Assembly (NCBI GenBank): GCA_947623935.1
Contig: CANQIE010000002.1
Location: 2,481-66,480 of the forward strand
Direction: 5' to 3'
DNA from: an uncultured Bacilli bacterium
Lineage (GTDB): Bacteria; Bacillota_I; Bacilli_A; RF39; UBA660
DNA length: 64,000 nucleotides
The translations under genes were made by a program, and so were the position numbers. This document shows, one piece after another, positions 29,521 through 38,775 of this stretch. The first letter of the stretch is position 1. The number at the start of each line of letters is the position of its first letter. The notes under the pieces are model-generated. The model saw only the letters and a list, made by a program, of their open reading frames with translations, was not told the DNA's origin and made no database searches.

Positions 29521-30813
29521 ATGACAAAAGAGAAATTTATACAATCGACTTTAATCTTGATGGTAGGAGGTGCTATCACCAAGTTTTTAGGCATGTTTAT
29601 AAGAGTGGTTATGACAAGACTAGTTGGTCTTGAAGGAATAGGACTCTATATGCTCATCTTCCCTACTTTTTCCCTTTTTATGACGTTATCCCAATTAAGT
29701 ATGCCTACAGCCATTTCTAAAATTGTCTCTGAAGATACACATAATAATAAGAAAGTCGTTTTTACAGCGATTCCGGTCGTTATCGTATTTAATCTCTTTT
29801 TAATTGGACTTATTTTAATTCTGGCTCCTTATATTAGTAACTATTTTTTAAAAGAACCTAGAAGTTATCTTCCTATTTTATCGATTGCTCTAGTTATTCC
29901 CTTCGATGCCTTATCCAATTTATTAAGAGGTTATTTTTTTGGAAAACAGAAAATGCTTCCTCACGTTATATCCCACATTTTAGAACAAATTATAAGGCTT
30001 TTACTAATTCTCTTTATTACACCTTATCTGCTCTCCATCGATGTTAGTTATGCTGTATCCGGATTAGTGCTTGTCAATATGGCAAGTGAACTTTTATCAA
30101 TCAGTATCCTTTTCTTCTTTTTACCTAAAAACTTTAGTCTAAGTAAGCAAGACATCACACCTAGTAGAAAAAATTTAAAAGATATTTTAGATATTGCTCT
30201 ACCTACCACGGGAGGAAGATTAATTGGTTCGATTGGTTACTTTTTGGAACCCATTATTCTTACCTCTTCTCTCCTTATGGCAGGATACTCCAACGAATAT
30301 ATTGTTCTTGAATATGGAGTGGTCTCAGGATACGTCATGCCCTTACTATTAATGCCTGGATTTTTTACAAATGCCATTAGTAATGCTTTACTTCCGGTGA
30401 TTTCAAAAGCTCATGCCAAAGGAGAAAATAACTATATCAAAAAGAAAATTAAACAAGCTATTTTCTTTTCGTTATTAATAGGAGTACCCTACACTATTAT
30501 CTTGATGCTTTTCCCTAACTTCTTCTTACAACTTTTCTATCATACTAGGGAAGGAGTTCCTTATCTTCTTTCCGTTGCTCCCGTCTTTCTTCTTTATTAC
30601 ATCCAAGCACCACTTGCTGCAAGTATGCAATCGATGGATTTATCTAAAGAGATGATGTACGACAACTTAAAAGGAATCATTGTCAAGACCATACTTCTCT
30701 TTGTTGTAAGTCTATGTCATATTGGTATGTATTCCCTACTCATTGCCACTTCCATGAGTGTTTTAATCACTACCATAGGTCATATTCGTCATTTAAAAAA
30801 AGTACTCCATTAA
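29521..30813 (+). CDS. MOP-superfamily polysaccharide biosynthesis protein / oligosaccharide flippase (Wzx/MurJ-like)
   Basis: 12-14 TM helices of 430 aa. Divergent from the yfhO-like gene. Confidence 0.65.
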   Translation: MTKEKFIQSTLILMVGGAITKFLGMFIRVVMTRLVGLEGIGLYMLIFPTFSLFMTLSQLSMPTAISKIVSEDTHNNKKVVFTAIPVVIVFNLFLIGLILILAPYISNYFLKEPRSYLPILSIALVIPFDALSNLLRGYFFGKQKMLPHVISHILEQIIRLLLILFITPYLLSIDVSYAVSGLVLVNMASELLSISILFFFLPKNFSLSKQDITPSRKNLKDILDIALPTTGGRLIGSIGYFLEPIILTSSLLMAGYSNEYIVLEYGVVSGYVMPLLLMPGFFTNAISNALLPVISKAHAKGENNYIKKKIKQAIFFSLLIGVPYTIILMLFPNFFLQLFYHTREGVPYLLSVAPVFLLYYIQAPLAASMQSMDLSKEMMYDNLKGIIVKTILLFVVSLCHIGMYSLLIATSMSVLITTIGHIRHLKKVLH

Positions 30814-30901
30814 AAAAGGCTCACCATTGATGAGTCTTTATACTATATTTGCTTTCTATAGTTTTTATAGAAAGTCTTAATGATTTTACACAGCTAACCG
30901 C

Positions 30902-32323
30902 TTAGGATCCTATAAGAGCAAGCACTAGCCGGAACGCGCCACCGATAGCCGGAGCGCCGGTGCTAGAGTTGAAGCTGAACACACCTGCGTGCGTACTATC
31001 ATCATAGTAGTCGCCACGAGTGGACCACGGTCTCGCAGAGCTTACATAAATATGATAATCTCCATACCAAGTTGAAGTTTCTGATAATGCATGACCGTAG
31101 CAAATTATTCCATTACATGCTTTTGCAACATCATTCCCACTATACGAATCATAATACTTAGCTTCTGGTATTTTGTTACCTTGAGCTTCGCCAGAAACAA
31201 ATCCAGATGATGCTACTATAATTGGTTTCCCTGAATTGCTACTATCTTCCAAAACACCCATTACTCTTTCCCAGGCATTACCACTCATATCATACACTCC
31301 TGTGATATTTCCTGTCGTAGATGCCTTTTGTCCTTGTAATGTATCATAGGTGTTTTTATTACAGGTGTTAGTACCCTTTCTTGCATTTGCCGCATCCCCT
31401 GCTATTCCTGTTATACAATTCGAACAGTTATTATTATATACTTCTTTGTCATTTTCTCCATAGGTGTCATTTCCATATTTTCCATACTTACTTTGAGATA
31501 AGTAGGCAACGGAACCCCATTCACTATCTTTACTCATATGCGTATCTATTTTTTCACCTTTAAATCCATAGGTTGATGCCTTTGTTGAATTCATACTTAA
31601 TGAAGCATAGAAAGCATTTGATATATTTATCCATCTCCATGATACTACTCCTGGTTTTATTACTGGAGTTAAATTCGAATTATTAGCAGGTCCATCATTA
31701 AATATTTGTTCTTCATTGCTTGTTTCAAACTTTCCATACCAGAATCCTGTTAATTCATCACTTCCAAAAGTAAAGGCTGGATGCATTTTATAATTATTTT
31801 CATCACTTACTTTGCTGCTTGTTCCATTGATAAAGTTGATTTCTATTTCTCCAGGTTTATTTATATTTTGTCCTATTGTTTCCATATTAGTATAGTTATA
31901 TTCATATCTTGGTATCCATACCCACATGGTATTAATGTCATCCATCTCTATTGGAGTATCTGGTACCGCTTTTTGATATGTTTCTCTTTGTTTAGTTCCG
32001 CCATCTTCATCTAATCCAATGGTTACAGCATTCGCCCATTCTTGATTACAGTAATTGTACCAATTGGCTGTGTTAGCATTCGCTTTCTTCCAGGTTCCTT
32101 CTTCATCAGAAATTGGAAAAGCATTCGTCAGACTTACTCCATTTTTGTCTTTTCTATTTTCATCATAAATAAAGGTTAATGTTCCTGATTCTAATTTATT
32201 TTCGATTTGTCCTTGTTTTGAATACTGAAAGAAAGCAAAGGTGGTTCCTATTGTAATTAAAATAAGACTCAATACAAGTAAACAAACTGCAACTAGTTCT
32301 TTCTTAGTCCTTTTCTCTTCCAT
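30902..32323 (-). CDS. TasA/camelysin-like plus FGE-like surface protein, 474-aa member
   Basis: Start at MEEKRTKKELVAV, which has an AAGGAG RBS. Carries TFAFFQYSKQGQIENKLESGTLTF and GNITGVYDMSGNAWERVMGVL (the closest match to FGE GLYDMSGNVWEW), and ends FRLVLALIGS. Confidence 0.6.
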   Translation of the reverse strand: MEEKRTKKELVAVCLLVLSLILITIGTTFAFFQYSKQGQIENKLESGTLTFIYDENRKDKNGVSLTNAFPISDEEGTWKKANANTANWYNYCNQEWANAVTIGLDEDGGTKQRETYQKAVPDTPIEMDDINTMWVWIPRYEYNYTNMETIGQNINKPGEIEINFINGTSSKVSDENNYKMHPAFTFGSDELTGFWYGKFETSNEEQIFNDGPANNSNLTPVIKPGVVSWRWINISNAFYASLSMNSTKASTYGFKGEKIDTHMSKDSEWGSVAYLSQSKYGKYGNDTYGENDKEVYNNNCSNCITGIAGDAANARKGTNTCNKNTYDTLQGQKASTTGNITGVYDMSGNAWERVMGVLEDSSNSGKPIIVASSGFVSGEAQGNKIPEAKYYDSYSGNDVAKACNGIICYGHALSETSTWYGDYHIYVSSARPWSTRGDYYDDSTHAGVFSFNSSTGAPAIGGAFRLVLALIGS

Positions 32324-32430
32324 AACTTCACTTCTCCTTTTATTATTTATAGTTTCCATTATAGTTTGTTTTTATTATTAAAACTTCAAAATTAACTAAA
32401 AAGAAACTGTTTTTATTCTATGTTTACAAT

Positions 32431-32463
32431 TTTATTATAAAACTACCCCCCCCCACGTCAACT
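32431..32463 (-). promoter_or_regulatory. promoter TTGACG-t-G9-tagttt-TATAAT
   Basis: C9 on the plus strand at 32446..32454. The roughly 100-nt conserved leader is shared with the 58589 gene. Confidence 0.55.
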
Positions 32464-32602
32464 TTTTGTTAACTTTTTACACTTGAAATGTACACTAAAT
32501 TTGCAGTGGTAAGCTAAAAGTAGACAATCAGAGGGGGTATGTAGACAAGCAATTATTTTATCTACGCAATTAAATTTTATAACATAAAAAAACGTATGCA
32601 AA

Positions 32603-32992
32603 TTACATACGTTGACTAAAATCGATCGCTGGTTTCTGGTTTGTTTTTCTTAAATCCATCACATCATAACTATTTTCTTTTAAGATATCCGCTTCTAAAA
32701 GACGTTCTTTCTTTTTACCAAGTCCAAAACTAATAAGCGATAAAAGAGCAAAAATAATAGGTCCATAGACAATAAAATAATTATCACTTTCAAAAGTTAA
32801 TCCATCTTTAATGACATAATAAATCGTAACGATATCAAATACAACTGTAACCAAACTAGTTAAAGCATAAAAGAAACGACATTTACGAATGCGTTTCGAT
32901 AAAGTATGAAAACAACGTAAAAGAATAGTTAAAGGAATTAAAGCAACAAAAACATAAATAAATACCATATAGTCATTTGGATTAATGTCCAT
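32603..32992 (-). CDS. hypothetical small membrane protein
   Basis: Three predicted TM segments. Confidence 0.4.
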   Translation of the reverse strand: MDINPNDYMVFIYVFVALIPLTILLRCFHTLSKRIRKCRFFYALTSLVTVVFDIVTIYYVIKDGLTFESDNYFIVYGPIIFALLSLISFGLGKKKERLLEADILKENSYDVMDLRKTNQKPAIDFSQRM

Positions 32993-33041
32993 CTTTATTC
33001 CTCCTATTCTATTACTAGAATAGCACCTTTTTTTAAATTAA

Positions 33042-33725
33042 TCAATCATTGATTAAATCTTTTTGCTTAATGACAAATAACTTTTTTTCACGATAAAAAC
33101 CATAGAATATTTCATTTAATGAAAGATGATCTCGTTTTAATAGTTTTAACAACCACTCTTTATTTTTTCCTAATTGACGCAAGGTATCGTATTCAATTTC
33201 TCCATCTAGAATGAGCGGAAGTGGATAATCTCCTTGAATTGTTCTGTCTTTTTTAAAAATTGAGAGTTTTCCACTTGTTTCTAGAATCGCAAAATCCACG
33301 GATTCAATCGACCTGATATGTTCTTGTCTTAGTTGCGTTAATAAATCATCTAAATTATAACGTTGCTTAACCATTTCTTTAAAATTAACTCTTCCCCGGT
33401 TGATAATGACTGAGGGCTTTCCATCAAATACTTCTCTTATTTTGCTACTTTTTAGAGAAACAAAAGAAATAAGAACTTGAATACCTACTAACAAAAGAAT
33501 AGGAAGTACCGATAAAAAAATGGATTCATCCCGGTTATCTATTGAAATAGCTGCTAACTCTGCAATTAAAATAGAAACAATCAAATCGACAATGCCCAAC
33601 TGCCCTACTTCTCTTTTTCCCATTAAACGATAGATAATAATAATTAAAATATAAAACAAAGCTGTCCTTGCAAGCACAATAAAATAGTCCATAATCTCAC
33701 CTACTTCTAGTATGGAAAAAAGCAT
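33042..33725 (-). CDS. DUF421 (YetF/YdfS-like) membrane protein
   Basis: RLMGKREVGQLGIVDLIVSILIAEL plus a C-terminal soluble domain. Confidence 0.5.
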   Translation of the reverse strand: MLFSILEVGEIMDYFIVLARTALFYILIIIIYRLMGKREVGQLGIVDLIVSILIAELAAISIDNRDESIFLSVLPILLLVGIQVLISFVSLKSSKIREVFDGKPSVIINRGRVNFKEMVKQRYNLDDLLTQLRQEHIRSIESVDFAILETSGKLSIFKKDRTIQGDYPLPLILDGEIEYDTLRQLGKNKEWLLKLLKRDHLSLNEIFYGFYREKKLFVIKQKDLIND

Positions 33726-33765
33726 AATATTTTATTCCTCGCATAAGATTTAGTAGAGGTGCTTT

Positions 33766-34131
33766 ATGAATTTAATAAATTATTTAAAAGGACTACTATG
33801 GACGTTTGTTTTAATGGTTTTACTTTCTTTATGGGTGACCTTATTTTATTATTATCATATCTTAAATAGTTCTTTATTGAATATCTTATATCTATTTATT
33901 CCAGTCCTTACCTTATTTATAGGAGGTTTTGTTGTTGGAAGGAATTCAAAAGAAAAAGGATTTTTGGAAGGATTAAAATTAGGGCTTATTTATCTTGTCA
34001 TAGTAACGCTTATTAGTTTTCTAGTATTTCATACTTCCTTTCAAGGAAAAATGATACTCTATGATCTCATTTTACTTCTTACTTCAATGCTAGGAAGTAT
34101 GATGGGCATTAATTTTCGAAAACGTAAGTAA
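33766..34131 (+). CDS. hypothetical membrane protein (121 aa)
   Basis: Four TM helices, with a strong terminator downstream. Confidence 0.45.
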   Translation: MNLINYLKGLLWTFVLMVLLSLWVTLFYYYHILNSSLLNILYLFIPVLTLFIGGFVVGRNSKEKGFLEGLKLGLIYLVIVTLISFLVFHTSFQGKMILYDLILLLTSMLGSMMGINFRKRK

Positions 34132-34134
34132 AAA

Positions 34135-34165
34135 CCTTCCCTAAAAGAGGAAGGTTATTTTTTAT
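34135..34165 (+). terminator. rho-independent terminator (AACCTTCC-ctaaaaga-GGAAGGTT followed by T6)
   Basis: 8-bp perfect stem. Confidence 0.65.
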
Positions 34166-34653
34166 CCATTATTAGGAATATGCCAAGTTATTTGATTAGG
34201 ATTTACATTTTCAATGTCTAAATGCCATTCAAGTATATGATTCCCATTTGGAGGTACAGTAATTGTATCAAATTTTTTACTGTCAAGATATTCTTTTTCT
34301 GTACTAAAAATATCTAAAGTAAAGTTTTTTAATTCTAGAGGAGTATTGTCATGATTAGCTATCAATACGTAAACATCACTTGTTTTATCATCATTATATT
34401 GAACAATTGTGCCTGTTTCCCAGCCATTCTCCCTTTTTAAAGTAAAATCTTCTTCTGTTATAGTATCTGAATTGGTATTTGAAGGAGTAGTTTCTTGAGG
34501 TTGATTCATGGATGGTTGATTTATATATGGATTGTTATCATTCGAAGGTGTTTCAGTTACTGATTTATTATTCATTAATAAATAAACTCCTAGTACAATT
34601 AAAATAAGCGCTAAAAACAAAACAAGGAACAAATATTTATTTTTTTCTTTCAT
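34162..34653 (-). CDS. hypothetical N-terminally anchored protein (163 aa)
   Basis: Signal-anchor followed by an N/Q/P-rich linker. Lies 15 nt downstream of the prepilin-type gene, so probably co-transcribed. Confidence 0.5.
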   Translation of the reverse strand: MKEKNKYLFLVLFLALILIVLGVYLLMNNKSVTETPSNDNNPYINQPSMNQPQETTPSNTNSDTITEEDFTLKRENGWETGTIVQYNDDKTSDVYVLIANHDNTPLELKNFTLDIFSTEKEYLDSKKFDTITVPPNGNHILEWHLDIENVNPNQITWHIPNNG

Positions 34654-34668
34654 CTCAAACTTCTCCTT

Positions 34669-36480
34669 TTAACAAGATGGCCAAGACCAATTGTCGTCGG
34701 CACAATCACCATAACAATTTTTATATACGTCATATGAAGCAGGAGCCTCCCAACATGCGTAACCACCATCTCCAGCCGTACGTCCTCCAAAGCAGCAGTG
34801 TGTTCCACCACCTCCGCCAGAACTTTCACACGCATGAGTATTACAGCTAGATGATCTACTAGTTGATCCGCAAGAAGAAGCGAAGAAAGAATCATATTTT
34901 GTACCACTTTGATACTGAGTTCCACCATCGCAGTCTCGATCACAGCTACTCCAGCCGCCCCATGAGGTAGTCGTTTGAGAACAATATTTATATACATTAT
35001 AAGAAGAATTATAACTTCCAATGTTTCCTGCTTGATCTTCTACAAAAGCATAAAAGGTAGTACTTCCTCCATCATAATCACGTCCAGTACTTAGAGCACG
35101 ACTTATATTAGAATAAGCAATCCAGTTACAATTGTTCACATTTGGTGAAGTTTGAATACACATACGTGTAACTCCAGGAACTGCATCTGTAGCATTTACC
35201 GATAAATTTGCAATGTTTGTATGGTATCTTGTATCTTGTGAAGAAACCGTTAAATGTACTACTGGAACGGTTGTATCAATTCGAACTGTTTGGTTGGCAG
35301 GACAAGTTGTTTCGTTACCAACCTTATCTCGTACCACACCCGGTGATTCCTTGGTCGAATCGATATCTGTATTAATAACTCTCGTAACATTTGCTGCACA
35401 TCCACTTCCTGAATCACTACAAGTACCTAAAAGAGTTCTACTGGTATTAATCCAGGTACTGTCTCCTCCAGAAGAGACACAAGAAGGATTGGTTTGATCT
35501 ACCGATACAGTATAATCGATTGCTGTACTTTTATTACCAAAATTATCAACTGCCCTTACATATACTTTTTGATTAAAGTCATGTGAACCATTATTTAATT
35601 TTGCTAATAAATCTTTTTGTGTAATCGAATCACTTGTCGTATAGGTCCATAAGTTACTATTGTTCGGTTGATTTGAAAATGAGTATTCATATCCTTTTAC
35701 ACCTGAACCCATGGGTCCATCTGTAGCATTAAAAATTTGATATACATCATTTTTAGTCCAACCTCCATTATAAATCGTTCCTGATAAACTATTTTCTCTT
35801 AACACCACATTAATCATATTAGGAGATGTAACATCGAGCACTTTAACTTCAATACTAATGGGCTCTGCATTTAAATAATAATAAGTTAACGTATAAGTCG
35901 TTAAAACATTTGTATCGATATAGCTAGGAGTCGATCCTATATCACTTCGAACAAGTTCGCCATCATAATAATAGGATGCAAAAGGGGCTATAAAAGGTTC
36001 CCCTTGAATTACTTCATAGTAGGTTTTATCAATGGTTAGATACCCATCTTTTCTACTACCTATACCACTTCCATTGCCCTCTTCTTGACTCGAAGAAAAA
36101 TCACAAGAACTATCACTCTCATAATTATCACATTTAAGACAGGTTAAATAATCTAATTTATCCCCTTTCGTTACTTCTACATAACCTATACAATTTTTCT
36201 TAGAAGTACTTTGTGGTTGATCAATATATTTCAAATTAACCAAATTTGATAAATCGACTTTTCCCTTATCTCCTTCACTAATGGGAGTTAAAGTATGATG
36301 ATCCATATAGTAGTCTCTTCCTGCTAATTCCACTAAACGCGTAAGATTAGAATAATACCTTTGATCAACATCTCCAAAAGAAGCAGATAACGCAGGAATA
36401 GCAATCAAAGCAATCACTCCTAAAATAACAATAACTCCTAAAGTTTCTACTAATGTAAATCCTTTTTTATTTAGATGCAT
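34669..36480 (-). CDS. prepilin-type N-terminal cleavage/methylation domain protein (603 aa) with a Cys-rich C-terminal region
   Basis: The N-terminus MHLNKKGFTLVETLGVIVILGVIALIAIP is a canonical class III (type IV pilin/pseudopilin) signal. The C-terminal 100 aa hold about 20 Cys, including WGGWSSCDRDCDGGTQ. Confidence 0.7.
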   Translation of the reverse strand: MHLNKKGFTLVETLGVIVILGVIALIAIPALSASFGDVDQRYYSNLTRLVELAGRDYYMDHHTLTPISEGDKGKVDLSNLVNLKYIDQPQSTSKKNCIGYVEVTKGDKLDYLTCLKCDNYESDSSCDFSSSQEEGNGSGIGSRKDGYLTIDKTYYEVIQGEPFIAPFASYYYDGELVRSDIGSTPSYIDTNVLTTYTLTYYYLNAEPISIEVKVLDVTSPNMINVVLRENSLSGTIYNGGWTKNDVYQIFNATDGPMGSGVKGYEYSFSNQPNNSNLWTYTTSDSITQKDLLAKLNNGSHDFNQKVYVRAVDNFGNKSTAIDYTVSVDQTNPSCVSSGGDSTWINTSRTLLGTCSDSGSGCAANVTRVINTDIDSTKESPGVVRDKVGNETTCPANQTVRIDTTVPVVHLTVSSQDTRYHTNIANLSVNATDAVPGVTRMCIQTSPNVNNCNWIAYSNISRALSTGRDYDGGSTTFYAFVEDQAGNIGSYNSSYNVYKYCSQTTTSWGGWSSCDRDCDGGTQYQSGTKYDSFFASSCGSTSRSSSCNTHACESSGGGGGTHCCFGGRTAGDGGYACWEAPASYDVYKNCYGDCADDNWSWPSC

Positions 36481-36540
36481 ATGAACACCCCTATTCTCTA
36501 TATTAATCTTATTGTAACATTACTTAATCTCTATAGTCAA

Positions 36541-36575
36541 CAAAATAAAAAACAAGTTTTAACTTGTTTTAAACA
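36541..36575 (-). terminator. rho-independent terminator (AACAAGTT-aa-AACTTGTT followed by TTTTTTATTTT) in the leader of the prepilin-type gene
   Basis: Perfect 8-bp stem followed by a T run on the minus strand, 60 nt upstream of the start codon. Confidence 0.6.
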
Positions 36576-36589
36576 AAAAAAGTCCAAAG

Positions 36590-36730
36590 GGGCGATGTTA
36601 TCAACGATAAAACCTGCACCCATGTACAGGTGGGTGTCCATACGTCACCTTTAGGATCCCTAATCACAAGTGAAAAGGTCTTCAACACCGGTAACTGATC
36701 CGGACTCCCGTATCGTTATTTTAGTCGGTT
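36590..36730 (-). ncRNA. candidate structured RNA or riboswitch-like leader; class not identified
   Basis: A locally GC-rich 140-nt segment with long-range complementarity (AACGATA at 36603-36609 pairs with TATCGTT at 36711-36717) and internal hairpins (CACCCA...TGGGTG). It is followed by the terminator and then the pilin-like gene. Confidence 0.3.
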
Positions 36731-36869
36731 TTATATTGGATAACAAACGAATCCCTTTAGACAATATTATTATATCATATCTCTTTTAAAAAATACTACT
36801 ATTTCTTCACTTTCTTTTTAAGATTGAACAAAGATCTTTTTTATTCATACACTATAATAGGTGAAAAAT

Positions 36870-37628
36870 ATGTATTTTGTCGATCATGATGTTTCGCTTT
36901 ATTATGAAAAATACGGAAATAGCAAAAAAACTTTACTGATTCTTCCTGGTTGGGGAGAAACAAGAAAAACATTTTCTTTCTATATCGATTTTTTAAAAAA
37001 AGACTATACCGTCTATATCTTTGATTATCCGGGATTCGGCAATACCAAGTTCCCTTCCCACGATATGACGATCTATGACTATGCACTTTTAATAAAAGAT
37101 TTTATCGAACAAGAAGAAATCCTTAATCCTTCTTTTCTTACCCATTCTTTTGGTGGTAGAATTGCCATTTTACTTCTAGGTTATTATCACATCAAAGGAA
37201 ATCAATTAATCTTAGTCGATAGTGCAGGTCTTCTTCCTAAGAAAACCTTCTTTCAAAAGTTAAAGAGTAAATTCTACCAAGGATTAAAAAAAGTAGGAAA
37301 AGTTCTTCCTAAAAAAGTAAGAAAAGCCTATTTAGAAATGCTTTTAAAGAAATTTGGTTCCACGGATTATGTAAGTCTTCCTAGTGATATGCGAAAGACA
37401 TTTCAAAATGTGGTAAGAGAAGATCTTTTTCCTTATCTAAAAGAAATAAAGATTCCTACCCTATTAATATGGGGTGAAAAAGATAACTCAACACCTTTAG
37501 AAGATGGAAAGAAAATGAAAGCAGAAATTCCTGATTCTGGACTCGTTTTAATTGAAGGTGCAGGACATTTTCCTTATTTAGAAAACCCCTATTATGTATT
37601 CAAGATTATTAGAACCTTTTTAACGTAA
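36870..37628 (+). CDS. alpha/beta-fold hydrolase
   Basis: HSFGG nucleophile elbow (GxSxG). LILPGWG near the N-terminus. Of the catalytic D and H, GAGHFPYL is seen near the C-terminus. Confidence 0.7.
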   Translation: MYFVDHDVSLYYEKYGNSKKTLLILPGWGETRKTFSFYIDFLKKDYTVYIFDYPGFGNTKFPSHDMTIYDYALLIKDFIEQEEILNPSFLTHSFGGRIAILLLGYYHIKGNQLILVDSAGLLPKKTFFQKLKSKFYQGLKKVGKVLPKKVRKAYLEMLLKKFGSTDYVSLPSDMRKTFQNVVREDLFPYLKEIKIPTLLIWGEKDNSTPLEDGKKMKAEIPDSGLVLIEGAGHFPYLENPYYVFKIIRTFLT

Positions 37629-37689
37629 GGTTCTTTTCTTTTGATTGTTCTTGTGATACAATAAAAGCATTTCTGAAAGGAGGATACCT

Positions 37690-38730
37690 ATGAACTTAGA
37701 ATTCATTAAAAAAACTTTGGAAATCTTATCTTTGAACGATTATAAGATAGATGATCATAAAAAAGACATCATTCTTAGCCAAAATCCTTCTATTACCATT
37801 AATTATATATCAAATAGTTCTATTACAATGAGAGGAAAACTTCCTTACGATTTACTTTCAAAAATAGAGTATCAATTTAATATACGCTTTTGGGAAATTT
37901 GTAATAAAACGTATTGTATATGCATCGGTGATTGGGGCGAAGAACCAGAAAACTTATTAATTTTTTTATCTTGCCTTAAAGATTATTTTAATCCAGATAC
38001 AAAAATGCCGACTAATATTTCTAATCTAGATAGAAATCTTAAAGAAGTAATAAACTTTCTTGCCAATCAAATGAATCTTGCTCTTTCGCTTGATGAGTGG
38101 TTAACGTCTTCATCCATGTCTAAAATACAAGAAAGTATCGAAGAAGATAAAAGTACGATTTTTGGAAGATATTTTCGAAATGCTTTAACAGATTTTGATC
38201 AAATGGTAAACCCTTCTTATATAGATGCAAAGGATTTTTTAAAAGACTATATCGATGGCAAAGGAAAGATTAAATTCCATTGGAGTGACATGGGAGAAAA
38301 AGGCATCGTATCTTTTTCTTATCACGATTCTAAAAAAGGCATTAAAACTGCTTTTGAAAGATCTGCTGATTGTTTTCAATGTTATTTATCCGTTTCGCAA
38401 AGAGCTAATCAAGAATACCAGATAACACATCAAATCACCAAAGAAGATGGAGAAAAAATATGTGTCTACAGAAAAGACAATGAAAAAATAGAAAGACGGG
38501 TCTACCAACTTACTTATGGTACTTTTGCTAAAGACGAAAACGCTCCATTCTATCCTGCTCCTAAACCCAATCGGCCTATGACTCCTTTAGAACGAGATCA
38601 ATTATATGACCAACTAGTACAAGTTAAGAAAATAATCGATGAAGATGTAATGACCAAGGTTCAAGAAAATCCTGCTTTACAGTATGTGTATCGTAACCCT
38701 AAAGTGAGAAGTAAAAAATCTACCTCTTAA
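37690..38730 (+). CDS. hypothetical protein, paralog A (346 aa)
   Basis: GAAAGGAGGATACCT-ATG RBS. The C-terminus RPMTPLERDQLYDQLVQVKKIIDEDVMTKVQENPALQYVYRNPK is shared with 38776..39795. Confidence 0.5.
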   Translation: MNLEFIKKTLEILSLNDYKIDDHKKDIILSQNPSITINYISNSSITMRGKLPYDLLSKIEYQFNIRFWEICNKTYCICIGDWGEEPENLLIFLSCLKDYFNPDTKMPTNISNLDRNLKEVINFLANQMNLALSLDEWLTSSSMSKIQESIEEDKSTIFGRYFRNALTDFDQMVNPSYIDAKDFLKDYIDGKGKIKFHWSDMGEKGIVSFSYHDSKKGIKTAFERSADCFQCYLSVSQRANQEYQITHQITKEDGEKICVYRKDNEKIERRVYQLTYGTFAKDENAPFYPAPKPNRPMTPLERDQLYDQLVQVKKIIDEDVMTKVQENPALQYVYRNPKVRSKKSTS

Positions 38731-38775
38731 TTAGATTGTTATTATCGATAAAAACATTTCAGAAAGGAGAATCCT

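Noticed and set aside
34650-35021. 123-aa minus-strand ORF overlapping the 3' part of the prepilin-type gene in another frame
   Set aside because: It lies entirely inside a much longer, well-supported ORF, has no RBS, and its composition is odd. It is a frame artefact.
36590-36730. Tested whether the GC-rich leader could be SRP RNA, tmRNA, RNase P or a tRNA
   Set aside because: No GGAA-capped domain IV or AGCAG motifs, no tRNA-like T-arm or CCA end, and it is too short for RNase P. It is left as an unclassified structured leader.
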